Assembly: GCA_037441385.1 (NCBI GenBank)
Contig: JBBISH010000110.1
Coordinates: forward strand, 1 to 21,237
Direction: 5' to 3'
DNA length: 21,237 nucleotides
Source of the DNA: Myxococcales bacterium
GTDB taxonomy: Bacteria > Myxococcota_A > UBA9042
Both the position numbers and the translations under genes were made by a program. Below are positions 1 through 8,115 of this stretch, piece by piece. The first letter of the stretch is position 1, and each line of letters starts with the position of its first letter. Under the pieces are notes generated by a model. It saw only the letters and a list, made by a program, of their open reading frames with translations. It was not told the DNA's origin and searched no databases.

Positions 1-578
1 TCTGATGCGCCGGACGTCGAGCCCGCTCGAGTTCGACCTGGATCTGGCCCGGGAGACGTCGGAGGCGAACCCGGTCTACTACGTTCAGTATGCACACGCA
101 CGGATCGTTCACATCCTCGATCACGCGGTGTCGCGGGGGGCGGCGTTGCCGCGGGCGGGGTTGGCGCGACCGGCGGAGGCGGCGGTGCGGTCGCGGCCTG
201 ATTTTCGCACTCTTGCAGGCGGGCTTTGGCATCGGCGATGCCGGCCGCATCCGTCGAGATGGTCAGGTACAGGCGGAATAGGCCCGCCGCGTCGCCGTAC
301 TTGCCGGCCTCTTGGAAGGCGCGGGCGGCGTTGAAGACGAGTGCAGGCTTGTGCGATTTGGCGTAGGCCTGCATGAAGAGCTGCGCGGCGCGCTCGAACT
401 GCTTGAGGCGGAACAGCTCGGTCGCCGTGCGCGCCAACACCTCGGCGTCGACCGTGGCCTCAGCGCGCGGGGCAGAATACGCCAGCGTGGCGAAACAGCT
501 TGAAAGTACGAGCGATAGCCAGCCGCCAGCCAAGGCGTGGGCAGCCAGTCGGCGGAAGTGGAGGGAGCTCGGGTGCAA
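1..578 (-). CDS. Secreted TPR-containing protein, 3'-partial (not in ORF track; no stop before the window edge)
   Basis: Manual translation from TTG 578 (AAGAGG just upstream; in-frame alternatives GTG 605, ATG 638). Signal-like [28 protein letters not shown], then TPR-like [62 protein letters not shown], then Pro-rich linker [22 protein letters not shown]. Below ~125 the frame is just antisense argS. Confidence 0.8.
   Translation of the reverse strand, partial: MHPSSLHFRRLAAHALAGGWLSLVLSSCFATLAYSAPRAEATVDAEVLARTATELFRLKQFERAAQLFMQAYAKSHKPALVFNAARAFQEAGKYGDAAGLFRLYLTISTDAAGIADAKARLQECENQAATAPPPPPVAPTPPAATPPPATPRDRGCERSVRVHTERSRPGSPPTSPGPDPGRTRAGSTSGAS
2..150 (+). pseudogene. argS: Fragment of arginyl-tRNA synthetase (start of the C-terminal anticodon-binding region), truncated or chimeric
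   Basis: Reads [42 protein letters not shown], matching the ArgRS FDLDLA...[13 protein letters not shown] signature. Similarity is lost after ~150, where the frame becomes the antisense of another gene's Pro-rich linker, so the rest of the domain is missing. Confidence 0.8.
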
Positions 579-630
579 TGCGCCTCTTGCCTTGTGGCGA
601 TGCACCCCGTCGCGACTGGTGCATTTGCCT

Positions 631-646
631 AGCAGCATATGCGCCA
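631..646 (-). promoter_or_regulatory. Candidate sigma54 (-24/-12) promoter for the minus-strand TPR gene
   Basis: Minus strand TGGCGCA-TATG-CTGCT versus consensus TGGCACG-N4-TTGCW, with correct GG/GC spacing, ~50 nt upstream of TTG 578. Confidence 0.45.
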
Positions 647-887
647 CGTTGCGGCGGTCAAGCAACCCGGGGCGACCGTGGCGCACTGGGCGAATCCAAG
701 GCCCAGGGGGCCGCTGGCGCGCATAACACTGCCGTGGCGCAACCCGGATCCCGTCCCCTGCCGCGGCCTTGCGTGAGGCGGCCGGCCCTGCCAAGATCCC
801 CGGCGTCGGCGACCCCTACGGGCGCGCGCGGTGGTCATGCCAAGTCAAGCAGGCACGCACACAGGACTTTCTCGCTGGACCAGACGA

Positions 888-1880
888 ATGGGTCGCGGCG
901 CCGCTTGGCTGGCGCTTTGTACTCATGTGGCCCTGCTGGGCCCGGTCCTTCCCCGCGAGGCCCTGGCCAGCGCGGCCGACGAGTCCAAGGCCATGGCGGC
1001 CAAGGGCGCCGCCCTGTTCAAGAAGGCCGAGTACCTGGGCGCCGCCCAGGCGTTTGAGAAGGCCTTTGCCTTGGACGCGCGCGATTTTCGCGTGCTGCGG
1101 TACGCCGGCCGCGCCTGGCAAGAGGTGGGCCACTGGGACCGCGCGCTGACGCTGCTGGAACGGTACCAATCGCTTGAGACCGACCCAGAGTTGAAGGCCT
1201 CCGTACAAGCCAATATCGATCTCTTGCGCAAAGCCACGCCCCGCGAAAAAGCGGAGCGACTGGAAAGGGCTGTCCAAGCCTACCCGCAAGCCCACTTGGA
1301 AGAAGAGGCCGCCGCTGCCCTGGAGGCGTTGGATGATGCGGACGCCTACAAGCGCGCCGTGCAACTCTACGAGGTCGCCCGCGTCAGCGCTGCCAACCCG
1401 GCCGACAAAGCCAGGCTGGACAAAGAGATCAAGCGCGTCCGCGAACTGGCCAAGGCCGCCGAGGCGCGGAAACCGGCGGCACCGGTTGAACCACAGGTCC
1501 AGCCGGTCGCACCGCTTGCCGGGCCGGCGACCCCCACAGAGGCTGCGGGTCCGTCGAGCCTGCAGTGGGCCGCCTGGGGGGGCGGCGCAGCCCTGGTGGC
1601 CGGTGGCGCGGCGCTTTGGGTGATCGGCGCTTCGGACTCGCGTGCCGCGGCCGACGCGATGACCCAGGCCAACGCTTTGGCAGCCGGGGACCCTTCGCGC
1701 CCCGCCAAGGTCAGCGCCGCGCGCAGCGATTATACCTCTGCCGGTGCGCTCTATTACACTGGCGTGGGGCTGGTCGTCGTGGGCGCAGCCGCGGCGGCCG
1801 CCGGCTTCTTCCTCGGCCCCAAGAACAACGTGGCCGCGTATCTCGGTCCCGGAGGCGCCGCCATCGCCGTGCGTTTCTGA
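888..1880 (+). CDS. Secreted TPR-repeat protein with Pro-rich linker, two Gly/Ala-rich hydrophobic segments and C-terminal Phe (~330 aa)
   Basis: Signal-like MGRGAAWLALCTHVALLGPVLPREALA; TPR helices (GAALFKKAEYLGAAQAFEKAFAL...YAGRAWQEVGHWDRALTLLERY); hydrophobic WAAWGGGAALVAGGAALWVIG and YYTGVGLVVVGAAAAAAGFFLG; ends AAIAVRF. ATG 888 preferred over GTG 831. Confidence 0.8.
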   Translation: MGRGAAWLALCTHVALLGPVLPREALASAADESKAMAAKGAALFKKAEYLGAAQAFEKAFALDARDFRVLRYAGRAWQEVGHWDRALTLLERYQSLETDPELKASVQANIDLLRKATPREKAERLERAVQAYPQAHLEEEAAAALEALDDADAYKRAVQLYEVARVSAANPADKARLDKEIKRVRELAKAAEARKPAAPVEPQVQPVAPLAGPATPTEAAGPSSLQWAAWGGGAALVAGGAALWVIGASDSRAAADAMTQANALAAGDPSRPAKVSAARSDYTSAGALYYTGVGLVVVGAAAAAAGFFLGPKNNVAAYLGPGGAAIAVRF

Positions 1881-2011
1881 ACGTCGCCCCAATCCCAACT
1901 GGTGATGCAAGAACGGCCACCGCTTCGACCGCCGGCCTCGTTGCAGGTTGTGGTGAAGCACGTCGCGCTGGCGGCGGGGCATTTGGCGGTGCCGCTGGGG
2001 TGTCCCTTGCG

Positions 2012-4300
2012 CTACTTCGCCAGGATCTGCACGTCGACGGGCGTGGTGCCAAACTTGTAGCCGGTGGTGGGATTGGGACCCACGCTGATCTCGACCGTTT
2101 GGCCCAGCGTCAGGTAGGCGTCCAGCGTCAGCACCGGCCCGGGCTTCGTCAACACGGGATTCGGCGCCGTCGAGGTGCCGTTGACCGACAGCATCGCCAC
2201 CATGTCGCCGGTGGGATCGCCGTCCAGGAACTTGGCCTTGATGCTGTAGTTGCCGTCTTTGGGCACGGCAAAGCGCATGACCGAATAAACGGGCTTGGCC
2301 GTGTCGCCGCCGATGCCACCCGGGTGCAGCGACAAAAGCCCTGGCGGTACCCAGATTTGCGTTGTGTTCGACGTGTTGAAGAAGACCGATGGCACCAGAT
2401 CGGGGCCAACGATGGACTTGTCGTACCAGTACTTCATGCCGGAGTAGTCCCCGGTGTCGGCGTAGATGTGCAACTCGCCCAATTTGGGAAACGTCTCGTT
2501 TGACACCGTGGCCCAGCCAAACGACCACACCCCGTTGGGATTGACGGTCTGCGACATGGCCGTGGCGGTGAGCCAGCCCGGCTTGCAGCTGATGTTTTGG
2601 CAGTACATGCCGTCGCCGCAAGCGCTGAGGGCAGCGGCCGCGGCCCCTTGGCACTGCGCGCCTTCGCAGCTATCGATGGTGCAGGCATTGCCGTCGTCGC
2701 AGGCCTTGGCGGGGTCGTAGGTGTTGCTGCAGGTCCCCGCGCTGCATGTGTCCACGGTGCATTGGTTGTTGTCCGAGCAGTTCTTGGCCGCGCCGGACTT
2801 GCACGCCGAATCGGCGCACACGTCGCCGACCGTGCAGCCGTTGCCGTCTTCGCAACTCGCGGTGTTGGCCTTGTGCGCGCAGCCCGAGGTGACCACGCAA
2901 CTGTCGTCCGTGCAAGGGTTCCCGTCGTCGCACACCAGCGGCGAGGTGCCGATGCAATTGCCATTTTGGCACAGGTCGGGGCTCGTGCACGCATTGGCGT
3001 CGTCGCAAGTGGCCTCGTTGTACAAGGCCACGCAACCCTTGATGGCGTCACAGCTATCGTTGGTGCAGGGGTTCTTGTCGTCGCAGACCGGCGGTGTGCC
3101 GGTCGTGCAGATGCCCGCCGCGCACAGCTCGTCGCCGTTGCATTTGTCGCCGTCTGGGCACGCTGCCGCGTTGTTGGTGCTCTTGCAGCCCGACCCAGGC
3201 TCGCAGCTGTCGTCTGTGCACGCGTTGGCGTCGTCGCAATTGGGGCCGCCCGAGCCCTTGCACTCGCCGCCGTTGCATAGGTCGTTAGAGTTGCAGTTGT
3301 TGCCATCGTTGCAGGTGGCGGCGTTGGGCAAGTGGACGCAGCCCTTGGTGGCCTCGCAACTGTCGTCCGTGCACGGGTTCTTGTCGCTGCAGTCCACCGC
3401 GCCGCCGGCCTTGCACGCGCCACCGGCGCACACATCACCTTCTGTACAAGCGCTGTCGTCGCTGCACAGCGCGGTGTTGAACTCGTGGACGCAGCCGGTG
3501 ACGACCTTGCACGAGTCGTCGGTGCACGGGTTCTTGTCGTTGCAGAGGTTGGGATCGCCAGCGCATTTGCCGACGAGGCACAAGTCGCCAACGGTGCAAG
3601 GGTTCCCGTCGTCGCACTTGCCCGTCAGCGTCGCGAAGGTGCACTTGCCGTCCTCGCACGTGTCCAGCGTGCAGTCGTTGTTGTCTTGGCAAAGCGCCTT
3701 GCCGCCCAAGCACTTGCCTGCGGCGCACACCTCCCCGACCGTGCAAGGGTTGCCGTCGTTGCATTCGCCGGTCTGGTTCGCGTACGAGCACTGGCCGTCG
3801 CTGCAGGTGTCCACGGTGCAGTCGTTCTTGTCGTTGCACACCATCTGCTTGCAGGGGTCGCTGACGTCGGCCGGGGCATCCTGGTCGGTGGCGTCGCCGG
3901 CCAAGTCTGCGTCCGCATCCAAGGTTGCGTCGGCATCCCCGCCCACCAGGTCGGCGACGCTGGCGTCTTGGCTGTCTGGAACGACGTTCGCATCCGCGGG
4001 CACTGCGTCGAGCGTCGCATCTGCGGCCCCGTCGGCCGCAAGCCCGTCTGGCGCATCCGCTCCGACCCCATCGGGGGCCTGCTGGTCACTGGGCTTGCTG
4101 TCGGCGGTTCCGGCTGCGTCGGTGCCGTCGCCCAGAGGGGCGTCGCCAAGCGCATCCCCGACCACGCCCCCAGTATCTTTGGGCAACTCCACCCGGCAAC
4201 TGACCAGCACGGCCAGCCCTGCGACCAGGACTGCGACCAGACAAGCCAGGCGCAGGCGGCCCGCAACCAAAGTATTCCACACCGCTATTTTGGTGGTCAT
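2012..4300 (-). CDS. Cys-rich repeat lipoprotein (~762 aa): lipobox, Asp/Ala linker, tandem CTxDxC modules, C-terminal beta-rich domain
   Basis: Hydrophobic stretch ending LAVLVS-C; acidic DA-rich linker; 16 four-Cys modules resembling Dictyostelium CTDC-type repeats; Cys-free ~190-aa C-terminal domain. Start uncertain (ATG 4300 or 4342). Confidence 0.85.
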   Translation of the reverse strand: MTTKIAVWNTLVAGRLRLACLVAVLVAGLAVLVSCRVELPKDTGGVVGDALGDAPLGDGTDAAGTADSKPSDQQAPDGVGADAPDGLAADGAADATLDAVPADANVVPDSQDASVADLVGGDADATLDADADLAGDATDQDAPADVSDPCKQMVCNDKNDCTVDTCSDGQCSYANQTGECNDGNPCTVGEVCAAGKCLGGKALCQDNNDCTLDTCEDGKCTFATLTGKCDDGNPCTVGDLCLVGKCAGDPNLCNDKNPCTDDSCKVVTGCVHEFNTALCSDDSACTEGDVCAGGACKAGGAVDCSDKNPCTDDSCEATKGCVHLPNAATCNDGNNCNSNDLCNGGECKGSGGPNCDDANACTDDSCEPGSGCKSTNNAAACPDGDKCNGDELCAAGICTTGTPPVCDDKNPCTNDSCDAIKGCVALYNEATCDDANACTSPDLCQNGNCIGTSPLVCDDGNPCTDDSCVVTSGCAHKANTASCEDGNGCTVGDVCADSACKSGAAKNCSDNNQCTVDTCSAGTCSNTYDPAKACDDGNACTIDSCEGAQCQGAAAAALSACGDGMYCQNISCKPGWLTATAMSQTVNPNGVWSFGWATVSNETFPKLGELHIYADTGDYSGMKYWYDKSIVGPDLVPSVFFNTSNTTQIWVPPGLLSLHPGGIGGDTAKPVYSVMRFAVPKDGNYSIKAKFLDGDPTGDMVAMLSVNGTSTAPNPVLTKPGPVLTLDAYLTLGQTVEISVGPNPTTGYKFGTTPVDVQILAK
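2585..3853 (-). repeat. Intragenic tandem Cys-rich repeats (alternating ~25-aa A/B modules, ~150-bp period)
   Basis: A type CxDKNPCTDDSC...GC alternates with B type CxDGNxCTxGDxC..GxC; 16 modules plus a terminal CGDGMYCQNISC. Confidence 0.9.
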
Positions 4301-4500
4301 CGCGTCGCTCGCCAGGCTGGGGTCCGGGCGGGGACTCCCCATTGCTTGGGAACGCCCGCCCTGCAAGCACTTTGCGGCGGCGGTTCCGCCTCGTCAAGGT
4401 GGCGACAGCCGTGCCGCCAACCCACTGCCGGTCGGATGGCCACGTGTTGGTCACGCCCACACCGCTTGACGTGTTGCGATTGCTGCGGCACCGTGCGGAC

Positions 4501-5538
4501 ATGCGCGGACTTCTGCTCATGGCGGCGATGTTGCTGCTGGTCCACTTGGCCCTGCTGGGGCTGCAGCCGGCCGGCGCGGTCGAGGCGGCGGGTCCTGGGC
4601 CGCGCGTGGGCATCGTGTTCGACATGGGCGGGCGCGGCGACAAAAGTTTCAATGACGGCGCCTATGTAGGTGCCATGCGCGCGGTACACGAGCTAGGGGC
4701 GCACGTGCGCTTTGTCGAGCCCGGCGAAGGCTCGGACCGCGAGGCGGGGTTGCGGTTGCTGGCTGCCGAGGGCATGGACCTGGTGCTGGGCGTCGGGTTC
4801 ATTTTTTCGGACGACTTGATGGTGCTGGCCAGCGAGTACCCGCACACCGCCTTTGCCGGCATCGATTTCGCCGTGCCGATGGGCCAAGACGGCAAACCGC
4901 TGCCGCTGCCGCCCAACCTGGCCGCGCTGAAATTTCGCGAAGAGCAGGGCTCGTACCTGATGGGTGCGCTGGCGGCTTTGTCTAGTACAAACAAGAAGAT
5001 CGGCTTTGTGGGTGGCATGGACACGCCGCTCATCCACAAGTTCGAGGTCGGCTACCTGGCCGGGGCCAAGCGCGTCTGCCCAGAGTGTCAGGTCGTGGTG
5101 CAGTACGCTGGCGTGACTCCCGAGGCGTTTCGCAACCCTGGAAAAGGCAAGGAGCTGGCCCTGTCGCAGTACCAGCATGGCGTCGACATCATCTACCACG
5201 CGTCGGGCTCTACAGGGCTGGGCGTGTTCGAGGCGGCGCGGGCGCTGAAAAAACGCGCCATCGGTGTGGACTCGGACCAGTGGGCCGAAGCGCCGGGGGT
5301 GGTCATGACCTCGATGGTCAAGCGCGTCGACACCGTGGCGTACGAGGCGATTGCCCAGGTCAAGGCCAAGAACTTTCGCGGCGGGCTGCACCAGTATGGC
5401 CTTGCCGAAGACGGCGTGGGCTATGTGTACGACGACCACAACCGCGCGGACATCGCACCCCAGGTGCGTCAGCGGGTCGAAGAACTCAAAGCCGCCATTA
5501 TTGCTGGCGAGATCGCCGTTCCGTGGGAGCGCAAATGA
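4501..5538 (+). CDS. BMP-family (PnrA/TmpC-like) ABC substrate-binding protein, probably for nucleosides
   Basis: Motifs GGRGDKSFND, GVGF, KFREEQGSYLMG, IGFVGGM, AIGVDSDQ, TSMVKRVD; first gene of a translationally coupled ABC operon. Confidence 0.92.
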   Translation: MRGLLLMAAMLLLVHLALLGLQPAGAVEAAGPGPRVGIVFDMGGRGDKSFNDGAYVGAMRAVHELGAHVRFVEPGEGSDREAGLRLLAAEGMDLVLGVGFIFSDDLMVLASEYPHTAFAGIDFAVPMGQDGKPLPLPPNLAALKFREEQGSYLMGALAALSSTNKKIGFVGGMDTPLIHKFEVGYLAGAKRVCPECQVVVQYAGVTPEAFRNPGKGKELALSQYQHGVDIIYHASGSTGLGVFEAARALKKRAIGVDSDQWAEAPGVVMTSMVKRVDTVAYEAIAQVKAKNFRGGLHQYGLAEDGVGYVYDDHNRADIAPQVRQRVEELKAAIIAGEIAVPWERK

Positions 5539-7052
5539 GTGCGCCGGCGATCCAGATGGTGGCGATCGACAAGCGCTTTGGTGCGGTGGCGGCCAACCGT
5601 GGCGCAGGCCTGACCGTGGCGGCGGGCGAGATCCACGCGCTGATGGGCGAAAACGGCGCCGGCAAATCCACCTTGGTCAAGATCCTGGCTGGGCTGCAAC
5701 CGCCGGATTCCGGGCAGTTCTGGGTGGATGGCCGCGACGTGACGGGCTGGAACACCGCGCAGGCGCTGGCGGCCGGCGTGGCGATGGTGCACCAGCACTT
5801 CATGCTCGTGCCCACGCTGACCGTGGCCGAGAACGTGGTGCTGGGGCGCGAGCCCCTTCGCGGGCCGCGGCTGGATCGCGGCGCGGCGGTTCGGGCGGTC
5901 GAAGAGCTGTGCCAGAGCACGGGTTTGCAGGTCGACGCCCACCGTCTGGTCGCCGATTTGTCCGTGGGCGAGGCGCAGCGGGTCGAGATTCTCAAGGTGC
6001 TGTACCGCGGCGCCAAAGTGCTCCTGCTGGACGAGCCGACCGCGGTGCTGTCGCCGCCCGAAGTGGCCGAGCTGTGGCGCGTGCTCCGGCGGCTGCAGGC
6101 CAGTGGTGCCACGATCGTGCTGATCAGCCACAAACTAGATGAAGTCATGGAGATCTCGCAAAGGGTCACCGTGATGCGGCAGGGGCAGACGGTGCAGGTG
6201 CTAGACACGGCGCAGACCACGGCCGCGGCGCTGGCCCGGGCGATGGTGGGGCGCGACGTGGATCTGGCGGTGCAGACGGCCGAAAGCCAGGTGGGAGAGC
6301 CGCTGCTGCAAGTGCGGGGCCTGCAGGTTGCGGGGCATCGCGGTCCGGCGGCGATTGTGGGCGTGGATCTGGACGTGCATACTGGCGAAATCCTTGGCAT
6401 TGCCGGCGTCGAGGGCAATGGGCAGAGCGAACTGCTAGAGGCGCTGGCCGGGCTGCGGCCCTACCGCGGCAGCATTCGTCTGGCAGGGCGGGACCTTGCG
6501 CCGTTGTCGGTGCAGCAGCGTACGGCGGCGGGGCTCGCGCACGTGCCCGAGGACCGCCACCTGCGGGCGCTGGTCCTGGATTTCTCCGTGGCCGATAACC
6601 TCATCCTGGGCAAGACCGCGCAGTTCACGCGCCGCGGGTTCCTCGATCGGCGGGCCGTGGCGGACCATGCGCGGCAGCTGATCGCCGACTTCGACATTCG
6701 GCCGCCCGACCCGCAGGCGCCGGTGCGCGGGCTGTCGGGCGGCAATCAGCAAAAAGTGGTGATTGCGCGCGAGCTTTCGCGGAATTTCCAAGTGCTGCTG
6801 GCGGCTCAGCCCACGCGGGGCGTGGACGTGGGCGCCATCGAATTCATCCACGACCGGTTGCGGCAAGCGCGCGCACAGGGCAAGGGCGTACTGCTGGTGT
6901 CGTCCGAGCTGCGCGAGATCTTGACACTTTCGGACAGGATCGCGGTGCTGTATCGGGGTCGGATCGTTGCGGTGGTGCCGCGCGAAGAGGCGAGCGAAAG
7001 CGTCTTGGGGCTGCACATGACTGGGGTGGTGCCCGCGGAGGCCCATGACTAG
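5535..7052 (+). CDS. Tandem-domain ABC ATPase, CUT2/nucleoside type (NupA/YufO-like)
   Basis: Walker A GENGAGKST, MVHQHF, LLLDEPTAVL; degenerate second Walker A GVEGNGQSE, LSGGNQQK, QPTRGVDVGA. ATGA overlap with the BMP stop fixes the start at 5535. Confidence 0.95.
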   Translation: MSAPAIQMVAIDKRFGAVAANRGAGLTVAAGEIHALMGENGAGKSTLVKILAGLQPPDSGQFWVDGRDVTGWNTAQALAAGVAMVHQHFMLVPTLTVAENVVLGREPLRGPRLDRGAAVRAVEELCQSTGLQVDAHRLVADLSVGEAQRVEILKVLYRGAKVLLLDEPTAVLSPPEVAELWRVLRRLQASGATIVLISHKLDEVMEISQRVTVMRQGQTVQVLDTAQTTAAALARAMVGRDVDLAVQTAESQVGEPLLQVRGLQVAGHRGPAAIVGVDLDVHTGEILGIAGVEGNGQSELLEALAGLRPYRGSIRLAGRDLAPLSVQQRTAAGLAHVPEDRHLRALVLDFSVADNLILGKTAQFTRRGFLDRRAVADHARQLIADFDIRPPDPQAPVRGLSGGNQQKVVIARELSRNFQVLLAAQPTRGVDVGAIEFIHDRLRQARAQGKGVLLVSSELREILTLSDRIAVLYRGRIVAVVPREEASESVLGLHMTGVVPAEAHD

Positions 7053-8115
7053 AACCGCCTGGATCGAGACGCTGTTTCCGCCCGTGGTGGCGCTGCTGGT
7101 CGCGCTGGTGGCGGGCGATGTGCTGATCCTAGCCTATGGCCAGAATCCCGCAGCCGTGTGGCACTTGTTGGTTGACGGAACATGGGGAAATTTCTACGGG
7201 ATTGGCCAGGTCTTGTACAAGGCGACCACGCTGTGCTTCACGGGCTTGGCGGTGGCGCTGGCGTTGCGCGCCGGGATGTTCAACGTGGGGGCCGAGGGGC
7301 AGTTGGCGGCCGGCGGCTTTGGCGCGGGCGTGGTGGGGCTGCTGCTTCCGGCGGGGACGCCGTGGATCTTGGCGTTTGGGCTGATGTTTGTGGCGGCCGC
7401 GCTGTGCGGTGGCGCGGTGGCGGCGGTGCCCGGCGTGCTCAAGGCTCGCTTTGGGGCCCACGAGGTCATCGCGACGATCATGATGAATTTCATTGTGTTG
7501 GCACTGGTGAACTACGCGGTGGCGGCGCACCTGCACACACCCGAGACGCTGCATACCCAGTCTATTGCGTCGGGTATGGTGCCGCGCCTGGCGGAGATCG
7601 CGCCGGCGTTCCACGGCTCGGCCGCCAACCTAGTGCTGCTGCTGGCTTTGCTGGCGGCGGGCGTGGTCGCGGTGGTGTTGTTTGCGACGCGGTTTGGCTT
7701 CGAGCTGAGGGCGGTAGGGCTGCAGGTCGCCGCGGCCGAAAACGCTGGCATCGGCGTGGGCCGCACGTGGATTCGCACCATGGTTCTGGCCGGCGGGCTG
7801 GCTGGGCTGGGTGGCCTCAACTTCGTCCTGGGGTACAAGGGCTTCTACGAGGATGGTTTCGCGGGCGGCGCCGGTTTCTTGGGGATCGCGGTGGCGTTGG
7901 TCGGGCGCAACCATCCGATTGGCGTGGTGATTTCGGCGCTGTGTTTCGCGACCCTTTCGCAAGGGGGCCTGGCCATTCACGCGCTAGTGCCCAAGCAAAT
8001 GGTTGAAGTCCTCCAGGCTTTGGTGATCTTGGCGGTCGCAATGGCGGTGCCCGAGGTGCGCGCGCGGGTCGCCCAACTCGGGCTGACTGCGGTGGCGCGG
8101 CGAGGCCAGCCATGA
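7045..8115 (+). CDS. Nucleoside-type ABC permease (NupB/YufP-like)
   Basis: Multiple TM segments; GMFNVGAEGQ, HEVIATIMMN, TRFGFELRAVG, GIAVALVGRNHP; overlaps the ATPase stop by 8 nt. Confidence 0.93.
   Translation: MTRTAWIETLFPPVVALLVALVAGDVLILAYGQNPAAVWHLLVDGTWGNFYGIGQVLYKATTLCFTGLAVALALRAGMFNVGAEGQLAAGGFGAGVVGLLLPAGTPWILAFGLMFVAAALCGGAVAAVPGVLKARFGAHEVIATIMMNFIVLALVNYAVAAHLHTPETLHTQSIASGMVPRLAEIAPAFHGSAANLVLLLALLAAGVVAVVLFATRFGFELRAVGLQVAAAENAGIGVGRTWIRTMVLAGGLAGLGGLNFVLGYKGFYEDGFAGGAGFLGIAVALVGRNHPIGVVISALCFATLSQGGLAIHALVPKQMVEVLQALVILAVAMAVPEVRARVAQLGLTAVARRGQP

Noticed and set aside
5..334. 109-aa + ORF as a complete gene
   Set aside because: Only the first ~48 codons are ArgRS-like; the rest is antisense to the TPR gene.
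2012..2014. Amber recoding or pyrrolysine
   Set aside because: TAG ends conserved genes such as dapA and the ABC subunits at their expected C-termini, and no pyl genes are visible.
816..2654. 612-aa minus-strand ORF
   Set aside because: Arg/Gly/His-rich shadow frame overlapping two well-supported genes; typical of high-GC DNA.
2585..3853. Possible CRISPR array or DGR template/variable repeat
   Set aside because: The repeats are degenerate, in-frame protein modules; there are no identical repeats with spacers, no adenine-specific pair, and no cas or RT gene.
2721..4469. 582-aa + ORF with repeating HxPxxHxSxVQ units
   Set aside because: Exact antisense of the Cys-repeat gene (TGC read as GCA/CAx); its periodicity is inherited. 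The same applies to 20624-21220.
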